A stretch of DNA of 64,000 nt from Asterias rubens (taxonomy: Eukaryota): assembly GCF_902459465.1 (NCBI RefSeq), contig NC_047069.1:12276001-12340000 (forward strand), in the 5' to 3' direction. Position 1 is the stretch's first letter. The number at the start of each line of letters is the position of its first letter. Below, piece after piece: positions 1 through 13,300 of this stretch. Made by a program: the position numbers and the translations under genes. The notes under the pieces were generated by a model, which ran no database searches, had not been told where the DNA came from, and worked only from the letters and a program-made list of their open reading frames with translations.

Positions 1-359
1 ATATTTTTTAGCATAAAAACTTAGGTTACAAGTAATGGAGAGCTGTTGATAGTATAAAACATTGTGAGAAACAGCCAGCTCTGAAGTAACAAAGTTTTTG
101 AGAAAGAAGTAATTTTCCATGAATTTGATTTTGAGACCTCAGATTTAGAATTTGAGGTCTCAAAATCAACCATCTGAAAGCACACAACTTTGTGTGACAA
201 GGGTGTTTTTTTTTTCATTATCACCTTGCAACTTCATCGACCGATCAAGCTTAAATTTTCACAGGTTTGTTATTTTATGCATACATGTATATTGGGCTAC
301 ACCAAGTGAGAAGACTAGTCTTTGACAATTACCAACAGTGTCCACTCCAGTGTCTTTAA
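1..359 (+). mobile_element. MITE family A (TTAA-flanked, Kolobok-like), cut by the window edge
   Basis: It has the family A body with the central palindrome TTGAGACCTC...GAGGTCTCAA and ends ...CAGTGTCTTTAA. Confidence 0.85.
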
Positions 360-701
360 AGCCATTGGACCCTTTCGGTAAACAGTATTGTCCAGGGCCC
401 ACACTTCGTGTATCACAACTTCTATATCAAATAACAAACATGTGAAAATTTAGGCTCAATCGGTCATTGGAGTCGGGAGAAAATAACGGGAAAACCCACC
501 CTTGTATCCGCGCGTTTCGCCGTGTCATGACATGTGTTTAAAATAAATCTGTAATTCTCGCTAACGAGAATTGATATTGTTTTACTGTTTTCTCAAAAAG
601 TAAAGCATTTCATGGAATAATATTTCAAGAGAAGTCTTTCACCACTACCTTCTGTAAACCCTGTAAGTTATTTGTAAATCTGTGAACTTTTTTATGGCTT
701 T
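356..701. mobile_element. MITE family B (termini TTAAAGCCATTGGAC), abutting the family A copy through a shared TTAA
   Basis: A second copy lies in the opposite orientation at ~4584-4926. It shares the GATGAC..ATTGAGCCTAAATTTTCACAGGTTTGTTATTTTAT module with family A. Confidence 0.8.
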
Positions 702-1358
702 AATGATAATAATATTAACAGAGGCTTCTTATATAGCATGCATAGCCATCACTCAGTGACGCTCAAATTCTTTTTTTTTTTAAACATCTCAGCGAAGAGA
801 AAAATTCATTTCTTTTCTTTATTTAAAAAAGGGGGTAATGAAGAGTTGTTATACTGCCCTCTATTGACTGTAGTTGTTAAGTCTGTAAGATGCAATCCAA
901 GATGTCTGACCAATAATAAACGTATCATAAATCAGTCTAATCTAACATGTCTAAGCGTCTCAGTGGATAAAGCCACAGGCATGTGGGAATACATTTGAAT
1001 TTTGAGACCTAATCCTTAGCACCATGTGATGGTTAACAAGGTGCAGCGTGGCGCAATATGCTGCCAATCAAACCAGGAACACAGAGACGAACCCCTTCTT
1101 TTTTTTCGATAAGTGCACTGGATTCTTTTACGTTTGTACACAACACCTGGGACCAACGGGTTTACATCCCATCCGAAGGGCGAAGCACCATGGTTAGGGT
1201 GTTCAAAGGACACATGTGTCAAGAATGGGACTCGAATCCACACTCTGCTGATCAGAGTTTAAACCGCTCTTAATCGCTAGTCCATAACACGCCTGCACAA
1301 GTTTGACATCAAAGTATTGTCATTTTGACACAAGCCATTTACCCTGCCATAGACTTAC

Positions 1359-4300
1359 TCGTATTTATCCCGCTGTCGTCCATTACCAAAGACAGATTGC
1401 TTGTACATCAATAATATGTTGGCTCTTTTTTCAGGAAACTGATGCCAATTTGCGGGAGACCTGAGTTCAAAGAGTTTAACCACAACCTGCTTGCTGAAAG
1501 ATGATGGGGAGGTGCAGTCCAAATACTGTGGCAGAAAAAAAGAAATGATTCCTGCATTAATACAAAAATTGCATTGAATCTTTAACACTTCACGTTGGAG
1601 GATGTGTACATCTGCTAAATTTTTCTTAAAATGGCCAGTACGGTAGACGGTCTTGTTCACCACAAACAACTTTTGGAGCCCATTTTTTTTCCAGTCAGTC
1701 GGAATGTTGAGATTATTATTCACCAGTACTGAGTATACAGTGCTAACACACATCTGTGTATGGGTAAAAATCAAAATTAATATTCTTTATCCCCGATGCA
1801 AATTTAACATCTCTTATAGGTAATTTCTCAATAAAATATGAAAAGACTTCTAGCTAGAAGTCTTTTATTCCTATCTGAAAGCACACAAATTCGTTCAACA
1901 AGGAGAGCTGTTGATAGAATAAAACATTGTGAGAAATGGCTCCCTCTGAAGTAACTAAGTTTTTGAGAAAAAAACAAATAATAAAAGACTTCAGTTGAAG
2001 CCTGTATGCGTGAAATCACACAAATTCGTTAAAACAAGGGTGCTTATTCTTTCATCATTTTCTCGCAACTTCGATGACCAATTGAGCCCAAAGTTTCACA
2101 GGCTTGTTATTTTATGCGTATGATGGGATACACCAAGTGAAAACACTGGTCTTTGACAGTTACCAAATGTGCACAGTGCCTTTAATCATGTTGACATGCT
2201 CCGAGGCGTTGAACATGGCACTAGTAACAAACTAAACAAGTACAATTGTATCCACAAACTAAAAAATAAGAAACAGAATTACAGAAATATGAGTACAAAT
2301 TCTTAAAAACATTCCACCTGTTAGTAAAACGTGCAACTCGATAAATTGAATTCCTGAAGTATTAAAAATGTAATTTGATTTTAAAAGTCTAATTAATTGA
2401 AAGATTTGTAACAACTGCAAAGATGACACTTTTTTTCATACCATAAATACATCATAATTGTATGATGTGAGCGAAAGTACGACCGTTGTCTTGCCGATGT
2501 ACATCACATTGTTTAAAGTGACCTTTAGCATTTTGCCCACCCTTAGGCTTTCAGCGCGGAAGACGGATTTGGCGGATTGTCCAGAATCAAACAGCTTCGA
2601 CATTAAGTATTGAAAACTCTGTTGGTTTCAAATAGAAAGAAAAAAGACTATTACAAAAATAGGAAATCATGTGTTTATTTCAGGAGCTTTACAGAAATAA
2701 TACAGTTTTGTCGAGCAAGTCTTCCGGGTATAATTCGATCTTCCAGAACCAAGTTGGTCTCTTTTGAGTTTTTGTGTGTGCAATTCTGTCATGTCTGTGT
2801 ATACAAATACTTTAGTTGAACATACATGTAGTTTATGGCTTTAAAATAAGAATTGTATTGAGTGGGAAACAAGTTTGGCCATAAAATTAATTTTTTTTTT
2901 ACAAATCCCCAAAAGAAAAAATAAGAAAAACATGGACCTAAAAGTTGACCTTCGTATCCAGTTATTTGAAAGCAATTCATAATTCAACCATCAAGTCAAC
3001 AACATTCCCATTGCTTTCACTTATTTTGTTAAGTGTTGGTTTCTCTTCGGTGCTTTACACAGGGTTAGCATGAAACAAGTATAGTTGGTAAGACATCTAG
3101 TCAAGTGATGCAGTGAGCGATTTTTCTTGTACTTTGACAGAGCAAAATACTACACAAAATGCAACAGTTGCTACTAAAAAATCCCCATTTGCTACTCAAT
3201 ACTAGCATTCAGTGTGCAAAATAAATTAGCTGTATATTTGTTGCTAAGAAAATTTGCTGGACAAATTTGTTCCCTGTAGGGTGTTGTGGCCGAGCGGTTA
3301 AGAGCATCAAATTCAAGTTCTGGTGGTTAAGTCACCGGAGTGTGGGTTCGAATCCCGGTCGTGACACTTGTGTCCCTGAGCAAGATGCTTTACAATAATT
3401 GCTTCTCTCCACCCAGGGGTATAAATGGGTACCTTTGAGGGTCGAGGTTATTATTGTATTTGAAAAAGCCTTCTGAGTGCTCAGGCTGTATACTCCGCAG
3501 GGAGCGGAGAAAGATTAAAGGAATGTTATTGGCCTAATGACCAGGGCACAAATGTATATAGCCCATTAATATGGTTATTGTAAAGTGTGCTAATGTATGT
3601 TCCAACTAGTTTTTATTATTATTATTATTCCCTATGCTGCTTACCTGAACTGAGATATCTAAACGCTTTTTGATTACATAATCAATGAAATTCTCTACTA
3701 CTGTGGAATATTTGTCTTCAAAACGATCTCTCCATGAAGATGTTTTCTCACAAAAATACTAAGGATAGAAAAGAAGGAAAGACAAAAAACACTGACAATT
3801 ATGCATGAGATTACTCTTGAGTAAAATGATGTTTTATAACAACACTTTTCCTTTTAATTTTCTCTACGGCTTAGAAGGCAAGGTCTCCATTTTGGGCGAT
3901 TGTCAAAGACCAGTATCCTCACTTGGTATGCCCCAATATATGCATAAAATAATAAACCTGTGAAAATTTGGGCTCATTTGGTCATCGAAGTTGCAAGAGA
4001 ATAATCAAAGAATAAAAACACCAGTGAAATTAAACTGAAAATATTTAATTTATACCTTCTTGAAACCTTGGTAATACAGCTCCACAATATCAAGTTTCTC
4101 CCTGCCCGTGGCATCCTGGAATGTAACCGACATAGAGGGGCTCATCTCTCTACCAATGCAATCTGACTTTTTATCTGGTTCAGAATTCTCTCGATTTCTT
4201 CTCGAGGAAGTCCGTTCAGCAGCTACTACCTCATAGGTATAATAGGGCTTCATGCCGTTGGTGACAACCACTGCGACCGTTGCCAATGTAGTTGGATTCA

Positions 4301-7300
4301 CGTATACTACGATAGGCTGCGGTAACATTTGATTGCAATTGATGCGAAAGTTTGCAAACGTTTCCTCTGAAAGCGTGAAGAAAAATCTATTTAAAAAACT
4401 GGGCTGCTTGCTTTGTGCATGTTATAGCAATCAACATCTTTTTTTTTAACTCATTGTTTTGTACAGAAATGTAAATGTTATGTAAAAGGAGTAGGTCTCA
4501 TAACTCAAACCTAGTCCCTAATACCTTGCAGGAAAATACTGAATATTGATTAATTTTTGGAAATACCAAAGTTATTCCCTCCCTTTAAAGCCATTGGACA
4601 ATTTTGGTACAGAAAAAAAAAAAAAAAGTTCACAGATTTACAAATAACTTACAGGGTTTGCAGAAGGTAATGGTGAAAGACTTCTCTTGACATATTACTC
4701 CATGAAATGCATTACTTTTTGAGAAAACACTAAAACATGTCAATTCTCGATATCGAGAATTACGGATTTATTTTAATCACATGTCATGACATGGCAAAAC
4801 GTGCAGACTCCGATGACTGATTGAGCCTAAATTTTCACAGGTTTGTTATTTTATATAGAAGTTGTGATACACGAAGTGTGTGCCTTTGGAAAAAACTGTT
4901 TACCGAAAGTGTCCAATGGCTTTTAAGTAAGGAAAAGCTATAACAAGGGCCCAATTTCATAAAACATGTAAGCAGCCGTTTTGTGCTTACGGAGCGGCCC
5001 TTAGCAGAATGTCTATTTCATAAAGCTGCTAACCATAAGCAAGGGTAAATGCTGGCTAAACCATAGTAACCACACAATTGACATAACAATGTTAAGCCAT
5101 GGTGAACGTGCATGCGCACATAACAAAATTCTGCTAACTGGAGAAATCTTGGTGAAATACGTTTGTGCGTGGGGAAATTTTTCTGTTACTAAGCACAAAC
5201 ATTTGCTTACCGGTAAGCAGCACAAACATTTGCTTACCGGTAAGCAGCTTTATGAAATTGGGCCCAGGTGTTTAAGAGCCGTGCTTCTAATTGGTGGCTA
5301 TGGCTTTGGCTGTTGCTAAGGCTGTTGCTAAGGGTAGCCTATGCCTCAACACCCATTCAAATAAGGATCCAACCACAGCCATAGCTGTTACCACTGTAAC
5401 GACTTTTTCACCTTGTTTTTAAATAGACACATCTTACAGCCAGAACCGAAGACATGTTTTCAATGAGGTCCTGTAACTTACCAGTACCCCTGGGCACTGA
5501 TGACGGGCAGAAGTTGTCCCATTTGTGGGGCTGCTCAGAGCAGGAACAATCAAAGTGCACTTTTCTGTAAAAAAACACAACAAATTTTAGACAGTTATAA
5601 TGTATAAGTTTGTGGCCTGACACTTTGACCCTAGCAGAGTATTTCTCGAAGGCTAAAGCCCGGTTCATACTTCGCTTTGCGAATGCGAAGCGAATGTTGA
5701 CGCCACAAAATTCGCAACGAATTTCGCAGCAGTTCAGCTCTGCTCAACTCAATTGCGAAAGGAAAGTTGTGAAGTCAAATTCACGTCAAATTTGCTCGCG
5801 CATTCAGATTCGCAGGAAGTACGAGCCGGGCTTTATCGATCTATTAACACAGCAAACATAACAGGTATACTGGTGTGACAGAGGCAGAGGGACAGAGCAG
5901 GGAGAAACTGTGGATAAGGCACCTCAAGTCCATTCAATCAACCCATGCTCTGAACATCCATAAAAGGAAATGATTACTGACGGTTGGTCTACGCCTTCTC
6001 CTTTATCCAACCGATATCCAACTGTTATTAAGTCTGCCTCATTGCCTAACTATAGTTTACTTTTTTCTCTATATATATTCCCATGTTTCATTTTTTCCTT
6101 TGAGTTTCTAACCTCTTATGGTCCAATCAGCCCCTTCAATCTACTTGGGTCATTAAACTGAATGGATGATCTAATAAAGTTTTGTTTGGAAAAGGAATTA
6201 CATAGAGATAACAGGTGTTAGTTGTCAGATGAAAAGGATGTTCTATTCTAGCCGCTTTATTTAATGGAGCTTTCCCTTAATGCAGGCACGCTTAGACAAT
6301 TTTTAGAAAAATGGGTTTCCACACATCACACTAAACATGAGAATCACACAAAATTTTCCATAATGGACTAGACTTGAGTCTATATAGTTGAGGTCTATAC
6401 AAGTTTTTTTTTTTTACCCAGTGTATAGATCTAAACAGACAGTCCGGAGAGGAGGTAGATTCTGTATCATAGCAGCACTCAGATGACCTTCAGGGGTTAC
6501 GTAGAGGTCAGGGGTCACTCCTTGAACATCTGCAGCCTGTTCGCGTCTCACTTTGGTGTTCCTTTAGAGAAAAATAAACTTTTAAATGTCTTCAGCTTTC
6601 ACAAAAAATAGATAATAGTATAATTGTAACACAGGCAAGGGTCTAGTCTTCTGTTCAACCTCTTCCACAATCTAATGCTGAAAGAGGGCGCAATGATATG
6701 ACATGTCACAGCAGTTTGAGTAAACCCACCTGTCATGGCAGTAGGATGGGTGGCCCAACCCTCGTCGCCAGACTAAAGGAAGTACTCTTAAGGGTGCCCT
6801 TATCTTCTTCCCCAGAGCCTTGGTCTTGAGGTCGATCCAGTCCAGGAAGAGCCACCAGGGGTGCGGTTTCACAACGTCTTCAGACAATGTCATGGCAACA
6901 GATCCTGGAAGCTGGGTGCCATACCCAAACCTGTCACACACAAAAGATGAGAGGTGTCAGACCCAGTCAAAATGAAAAGAGAATTGTTTGAGAGGTACAA
7001 CCGACGGGGTGCGTTAAACCCAAATAGTAGCTGAGAATTGCTTCATTTTGTTTGAATATATTGAGTGTAAATGATAAGGCAAGTAGCCCGTGGAGTTTAC
7101 AAGTGAAATTAAAAAAGGCTTCCAACTCTAGAATTATTATAAGACAGACATTAGTTCTTATAAACACGTTTAACCAAGTACATGTACATGAAAAAAGGCC
7201 AGGAATTTCATTATTGAAAGGGCAAGGCCATTATAATTTTGCAAAGAGCACTTCCATTGGAAGATCTTAAAGTCAATGGGAAACTTTTAACGGGGCACCA

Positions 7301-10300
7301 AAAAACCAAGACCAGGAATAATAATAATAATAATAATAACGAGGTCTTATAGAGCGCACAAATCCACAAAAGTGCTCAGGGCGCTATTACAGAGAAAATA
7401 CAAACAAAAATAACAAAGAACAGATTAAATACAAAAGAACGGATCTATAGACATGAGGTGTGTTTTGAGAGATGTTTTGAAAGAGTGAATGGAAGTGGAT
7501 GTTTTGATGTGAAGAGGTAGTTGATTCCAGAGACGTGGTGCCGCAATAGAAAAAGATCTGTCCCCCCAGGTGCGATTAGACTTGATTTCTTGAAGAAGAT
7601 ATCCGTTAGCAGAACGAAGGTTGCGAGATGGTTTGTAGATGTTTAGCATGTCATGGATTTAAGCAGGTGCTTGCCCATTTAGAGATTTGAAAACAATGAG
7701 CAAGAGTTTATATATGAAATTTCCTTATTGAAAGGGCAAGGCCATTATAATTTTGCAAAGAGCACTTCCATTGGAAGATCTTGAAGTCAATGGGAAACTT
7801 TTAACGGGGCACCAACAAACCAAGACCAGGAGTTTCATGATTAAAAGCATTATTATTTTGCAAAGGGCACAACCATTGGAAAATCTTAAAGTCAATGGGA
7901 AACTTTTTGAAGGGCAACCAAGGCCAAGACCAGGGGCAACAGACCGAAGCCATGGCCTCCGTGGCCTGCGCCTAATTCCTGGCCTGTGAAAATCCGACAT
8001 GCTATTCGAGGAGGCAACAGGGGCAGAGGTTATAGCCTCCAGTGTTCTGCTCTTGGCCTTGGTGCCCCTTAAAATTTCAGTAGACTGTCAGATATTCCAA
8101 AAGAATTGCCCTTTCCAGAATACAAATGGCCTTGCCGTCTCAAAGAAGTGCTCGTTTTTGGTACCTTATGGAGACCAAGGACAAAACGTAAAAGGGGAAA
8201 CAAAAGAGCTCCATAGGGGAATATGGGGAAAAAAAGGAGTGCTCCACTAGGAGATTTGTGTACGAAGTCTTTGGGATACTTATAAGTGTAGGGACAAAGG
8301 GAAGAACAAAAGATAGCTCCACCAAGATGCACTTTTTAATGGGTGAACTTCCAGGCCTGCCGTTTTCTATGCAAGTCACGTTCCTCTTAAAGGGAAGGTA
8401 CACGTTTGGTAACTACTCAAAACAAATATTAACTTAAAAGCTGACTTGGTAATGAGCACTGGGGAGCTGTTGGTAGTATAAAACATTGTGAGAAACGACT
8501 CCCTCTGAAGTAACGTAGTTTTTTTAGAAAGAGGTAATTTCTCACTAAAATAATAAAAGACTTCTAGCTAGAAGTCTTTTATTCCTATCTGAAAGCACAC
8601 AAATTCGTCCAACAAGGGTGTTTTTTCTTTCATCATTTTCTCGCAACTCCGATGACCAACTGAGCTCAAATTTTAGCAGGCTTGTTTATATTTTATGCTT
8701 ATGATGGTATACACCAAGTGAGGACACTGGTCTTTGACAATTACCAACTCCGTACCTTCCCTTAAAAACAAACATCAGTCAAAAAAGACTTATCTACATG
8801 GTGTCACTGCAAAATATTGTTTATAATTTCATATCCAAACTGTGTTATTATTAAAATACCTTGCCATATGAAAGTTGAAAGCATTTTCAGCTGCTACCCC
8901 TTCACCAAGCATGGCTATTATCATGGAGAGATACAGCCCTACAAGGGCGCAGCGAGGTTGAAGTAACTTCTCCAGGCAAGCCCTCGCCTCCCTCAGCCAG
9001 GATCTATTACACTCCAAGGCACTCCGTGAACCCTGGTTCAATGGATCTTTGAGAATCAAAAACGCAAAACAAACTGTCTTTATCAATGAACGTATGAAGT
9101 CATGGCCACACATGGTGACTTCAAATGCATGCAACATAGGCCTCGAAATTAAGGGAAAAAATCCAAAAGACCACAGAACTTGTAGCAGAGAATCTTTACC
9201 GGACTTGGATTTTATTTACAAGATGGGAATTAAAATGAGCAGAGACTCGAATCAAAACGAGAACTAGGAAGAAACTATAAATAATTAGTAAACTTGCCGG
9301 TACAACCAGGTGTAAGTCTCTTTTGTGCAAGTGTTGGCTTTGAAAAGAGCCAGTGTTGTATCAACGTTTCGATTAAAAAGAGAACACTTTTATATCATCT
9401 TGAATGGTTTATTTGAACAGATACTAAGAGAAAATTTATTGCTCTTAGTATACTTTTTTCATTGTTTTAGGTTGTGTGTTGCACATAGAGACTCCTGCAT
9501 TATACACCATATAAATATCTCAAATTATTCTTATTATAGCTTTTTATAGAAATTGGAAGGTATGTAGGAATCAAATATAAACAGCGAATTTGCCCTCATT
9601 GTAATTTGGAGGTTGAAACTGAGATTCATTTTTTACTCAATTGTCCATTATACAGTGCTCTTAGGGAACAAATGCTTAACTTTGTGAGTGGAAATAATGC
9701 ACATTTATAGCTGTTTACTAACAGTGACAAATTTGAATTTCTTATGAGTTCTACAGATGATTCTATTATTAATTGCGTTGCCAAATTTGTCTTTTTATTT
9801 ATGAACTTAAAAGAAAAACATAAAGTCTGATTGCCCCTGTTGACTTTATTTTTCTCCTGCCAATGGAGTACTAAAAAATTCAGGTTTAAAATGTTGATGC
9901 AACCCTCCCCGGGATTAAGTGTTCCAACCTATCTTTTTAATACCGCTTTTTAGCTTTTTATGTCTTCTTCTATGGTCACCTTGCCAGTTAGTTTAGAATT
10001 TTAGCATAGTTAGGGTTAGAGGCGTCTGTCTCCTGAAAAGGTCAAAACTTTACCGATGCCAGCAGGGATAGGCCTATGTAATAAGTAATTAATTAGTTCT
10101 CCGTTGGCTGGACAGACGTATCCCCATACTTTTGTTTGGGCACTGGCCTGGTGACCAGTCTTTTTTCTTTGTCTTTTTCTTCCACTCTGTGCTTTTTAAC
10201 AAGTGTTCTGCGCCTCTGATCATTTTGTATGTAAGGGGCACAATATAAATTTTAATTATTATTATTATTATTATTATTCCAAGTTGGAATACAAAAATAT

Positions 10301-13300
10301 TAAAAAAATTAATAATTATTGTTATAATTTTTACCAGTTGGGCATCCAGCGTGACAATGTAGTAGAGATTCTACAGCGGCCAGCACTGCGTCTCTTTGAC
10401 CCTCCTCCTCCAGATAAGGGTCAAGCGTGTAGATACCTCTCAATGACCTATTGTCCGGAGAGCCCTCCATGGTCTGAGCATGCTCTGTAGTGGTTCTCCA
10501 TAGCTTCCCTGCCTGGATTGCCGAATGCCGGTCCATTAAACTGCAGAACAGATCAAATAATAGATCGCTAAATTAATGAAGACCCACCCACCAGTGCAAG
10601 TTCCTAGTATTGAATAACCCCTTTGTTGATATAAAAGTCGCCATATTGTAAACTGTATGCGCGTCTAATTGCGTACATCAAAGAAGCACGCAGCACGCAG
10701 CGTTCCAGGTTCGAATTTCTATGACACACGTATCCACACATACACTTACACGCTCACAGACGCCATGTTGTAGGTCAGATTTTGTAGGTCAGATAATCAA
10801 TACCGTCTATAGCAACGTTACGGGAAAGCTTCTTAAGAATGTCAGAGTTAGGCCACAAAAAGTCCGAAATTATGCATCCGTTTTAACGAGGGAGTGTTGT
10901 TTACATTGTCACCACTTTGGTCATTTCATTTAATGGATGAGCAGTTAATTTGCCTAGGGCATTCAGCAGCACAACTGATTTGTGCATGATCCAAATAAGA
11001 ACACTGTTTGGAAAAGCAATTACATGGAGATAACACGTGTAAGTTGCAAGACGAAAAGGATGTCTTTTTAGCCTCTTTCTTTAGAGGGGCATTCCAAAAA
11101 TTCAGGGCAGAAGTCCGGACAGCGACAGGTAAATAGGTTTTGAGTTTAATTTTAACCCAAAATATTCCACCTAAATGTGGAAGGTGAGGCAAGGGATCAC
11201 TATGCCATCCCCAAATTGTTTATTTTTTTTGCACGTTAAAGTGCTATAACAACGCCACGCCTGGTTCACATGCAAATTAACTGCTGCTAGATTTAAAGCA
11301 TCCTGAAGCTGTGGAAAGTTTAGGGCTCAATTTTATACAGCTGATTCAGCAGAAAAGATTGCTTAACAATTTTCTGCCAAGCAAGCAAAGGAGCAGGATA
11401 CCAGTCACAAATTGTATTTGTGACATGGTAACCTTATTCCAGTAAGCATAACGCTGCTATGCTAAGCTGTTTTTGTGTTTTTAAGCGGCTAAAAAGCAGC
11501 TGTATGAAATTGGGCCGTGATTGGAGATCCACTGACCCTTGATCATATGCAGAAGCTGCCAAAGCTAAAGACTGAAGAGTGAGTTTAGAAACCTCCAGTG
11601 GATAAAGGTTCCTTGTGGCTAGTTCTACGGCCTCGCGGTAAAACCGTCCAGCCGAGTCACATTGTCCGAAGCTGACTAGAAGTCGTCCGATGTCCGCCAG
11701 GATCATGGCTTTGTGACGTGCCCACAGGGTACTATGCTGGGTCTCTGATGAATCTTGGTCTGTTGATAAAAAGAATGAAAAAGAACAACTGAAATTTGCT
11801 GATCAGCAGAGTGTGGGTTCGAATCTCCAGCCATGACACTGGAGTCGTTAAGCAAGACACTTAACCATTGCTTCGTCCTTCGGATGGGACGTTAAGTTGT
11901 CCCATGTGTTATGTAACGCATGTAAAAGAACCCAGTGCACTTATCGAAAAGAGAATGGATTCGCCCCGGTGTTCCTGGTCCGATCGGCAGCAAAACCACA
12001 GCACCTTGTAAAGCATTACATGGTGCTATCAGAATTAGGTCTCATATTTCAAAACGTAGTCCCTTTTCTGGCAGGAAATACAGTATGTAACAGCGACAGG
12101 AGCATCACTGGGTGACGGACATGTGCGCTTTATAAGAAGCCACAATTTTTATTACTATTATTATCAGACTCAAGTTCAAGAGAATCGCCTCATCATCTCT
12201 GGCCTCACAGGTACCATTTCCTCCTTGGTGAAAAGAATCAGTTATAACCTAAGTGTCTTACTCAAGGACACAAGTGTCATGCCCGGGGATTCAAACCCAC
12301 ACCCTGTTGACTTAGCCACAAGCACTTGAGTCCTGTGCACTAGGCCACTCTGCCTAAACACACCAAAAAACTTTGGAGCATGAATCACATTTACAAGAAG
12401 GAAAAACCCCTTCTCCATTCCACTACCAATACCAAAATGTTACCTGCTGGATATTGCTGGATAACTTTCAGGAATGCTTCTTGAGCTCTTGTGCATCTAC
12501 CCCTAGCCCACCACACATACGCCAGCGCCAGATCAAAGCAGTGTTGTACTAAATTGGGATACCTGCACAAGAATACAGTCAAATACTCTATCATTACATA
12601 AAAATCATTGTGGCGTGTCATGTAGAGCACCGGATACAAGCTCTGGTGTTTGATCAGCAGAGTGTGGGTTCGAGTTCCGGTCGTGACACTTGTGTCCTTA
12701 TAAGCAAGACACTTAATCATGATTGCTTCGTAAAGTTGGGGAGGTAGAGGTAAGATACTCTGTTAACGTTACTACCAATTTTGATATGAACGAAACACAA
12801 TGCACGCCCTGTGTCCTTGGGCAAAACACTTCATAACAACAAGCTTCTCTTCACCCGGGGGTAAATGGGTACCTGGAGGGCAGAGTTGGTTCTTGTGACT
12901 GATTAGCTTAGTGCGCTACAGATTTGGCGGCACAGGCTGTATACTCCCCAGGGACCTGAGATGGTTTAAGAAATGATTTAAGGCCCAGTGACCAGAGGTA
13001 ATAATGATTAAGCGCCATGAGCCTCACTGCGTGATGGACCTGAGCGCTAAATAAGACGCCACTATTATTATTATTGTTATAGATATAAAAAACTAACCGT
13101 TTTTGCAGATATTGCTTGGCTTGAAAAACACTCAAATTAACCCTCCGCTGACGTTGACTTTCCTCTGATCTGGATTGTGTGCCAACGTTTGGACTGGAGT
13201 AGTGATGTGGTAGTGTCAAATTCAGGTAATGAGCAAGAGCTAGCATAGAAAAAAGACAAAGATACATTTAAAAATGTATACTATACGATAAGATAAGATC

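Noticed and set aside
21-224. Recurrent ORFs 'KKTPLSH.VVCF...[20 protein letters not shown]' (also 23428, 34816, 39485, 55311, 63590)
   Set aside because: They are chance open frames in the non-coding family A MITE, and the frames differ between copies.
3278-3365. tRNA-Leu-like sequence
   Set aside because: The acceptor and anticodon stems are broken, and it continues into a SINE body and tail with many dispersed copies.
8170-8335. Three spaced AAAAG(N)AG(N)CTCCA motifs, superficially CRISPR-like
   Set aside because: The repeats are short and degenerate with irregular spacing. The context is eukaryotic with no cas genes; likely transposon sub-terminal repeats.
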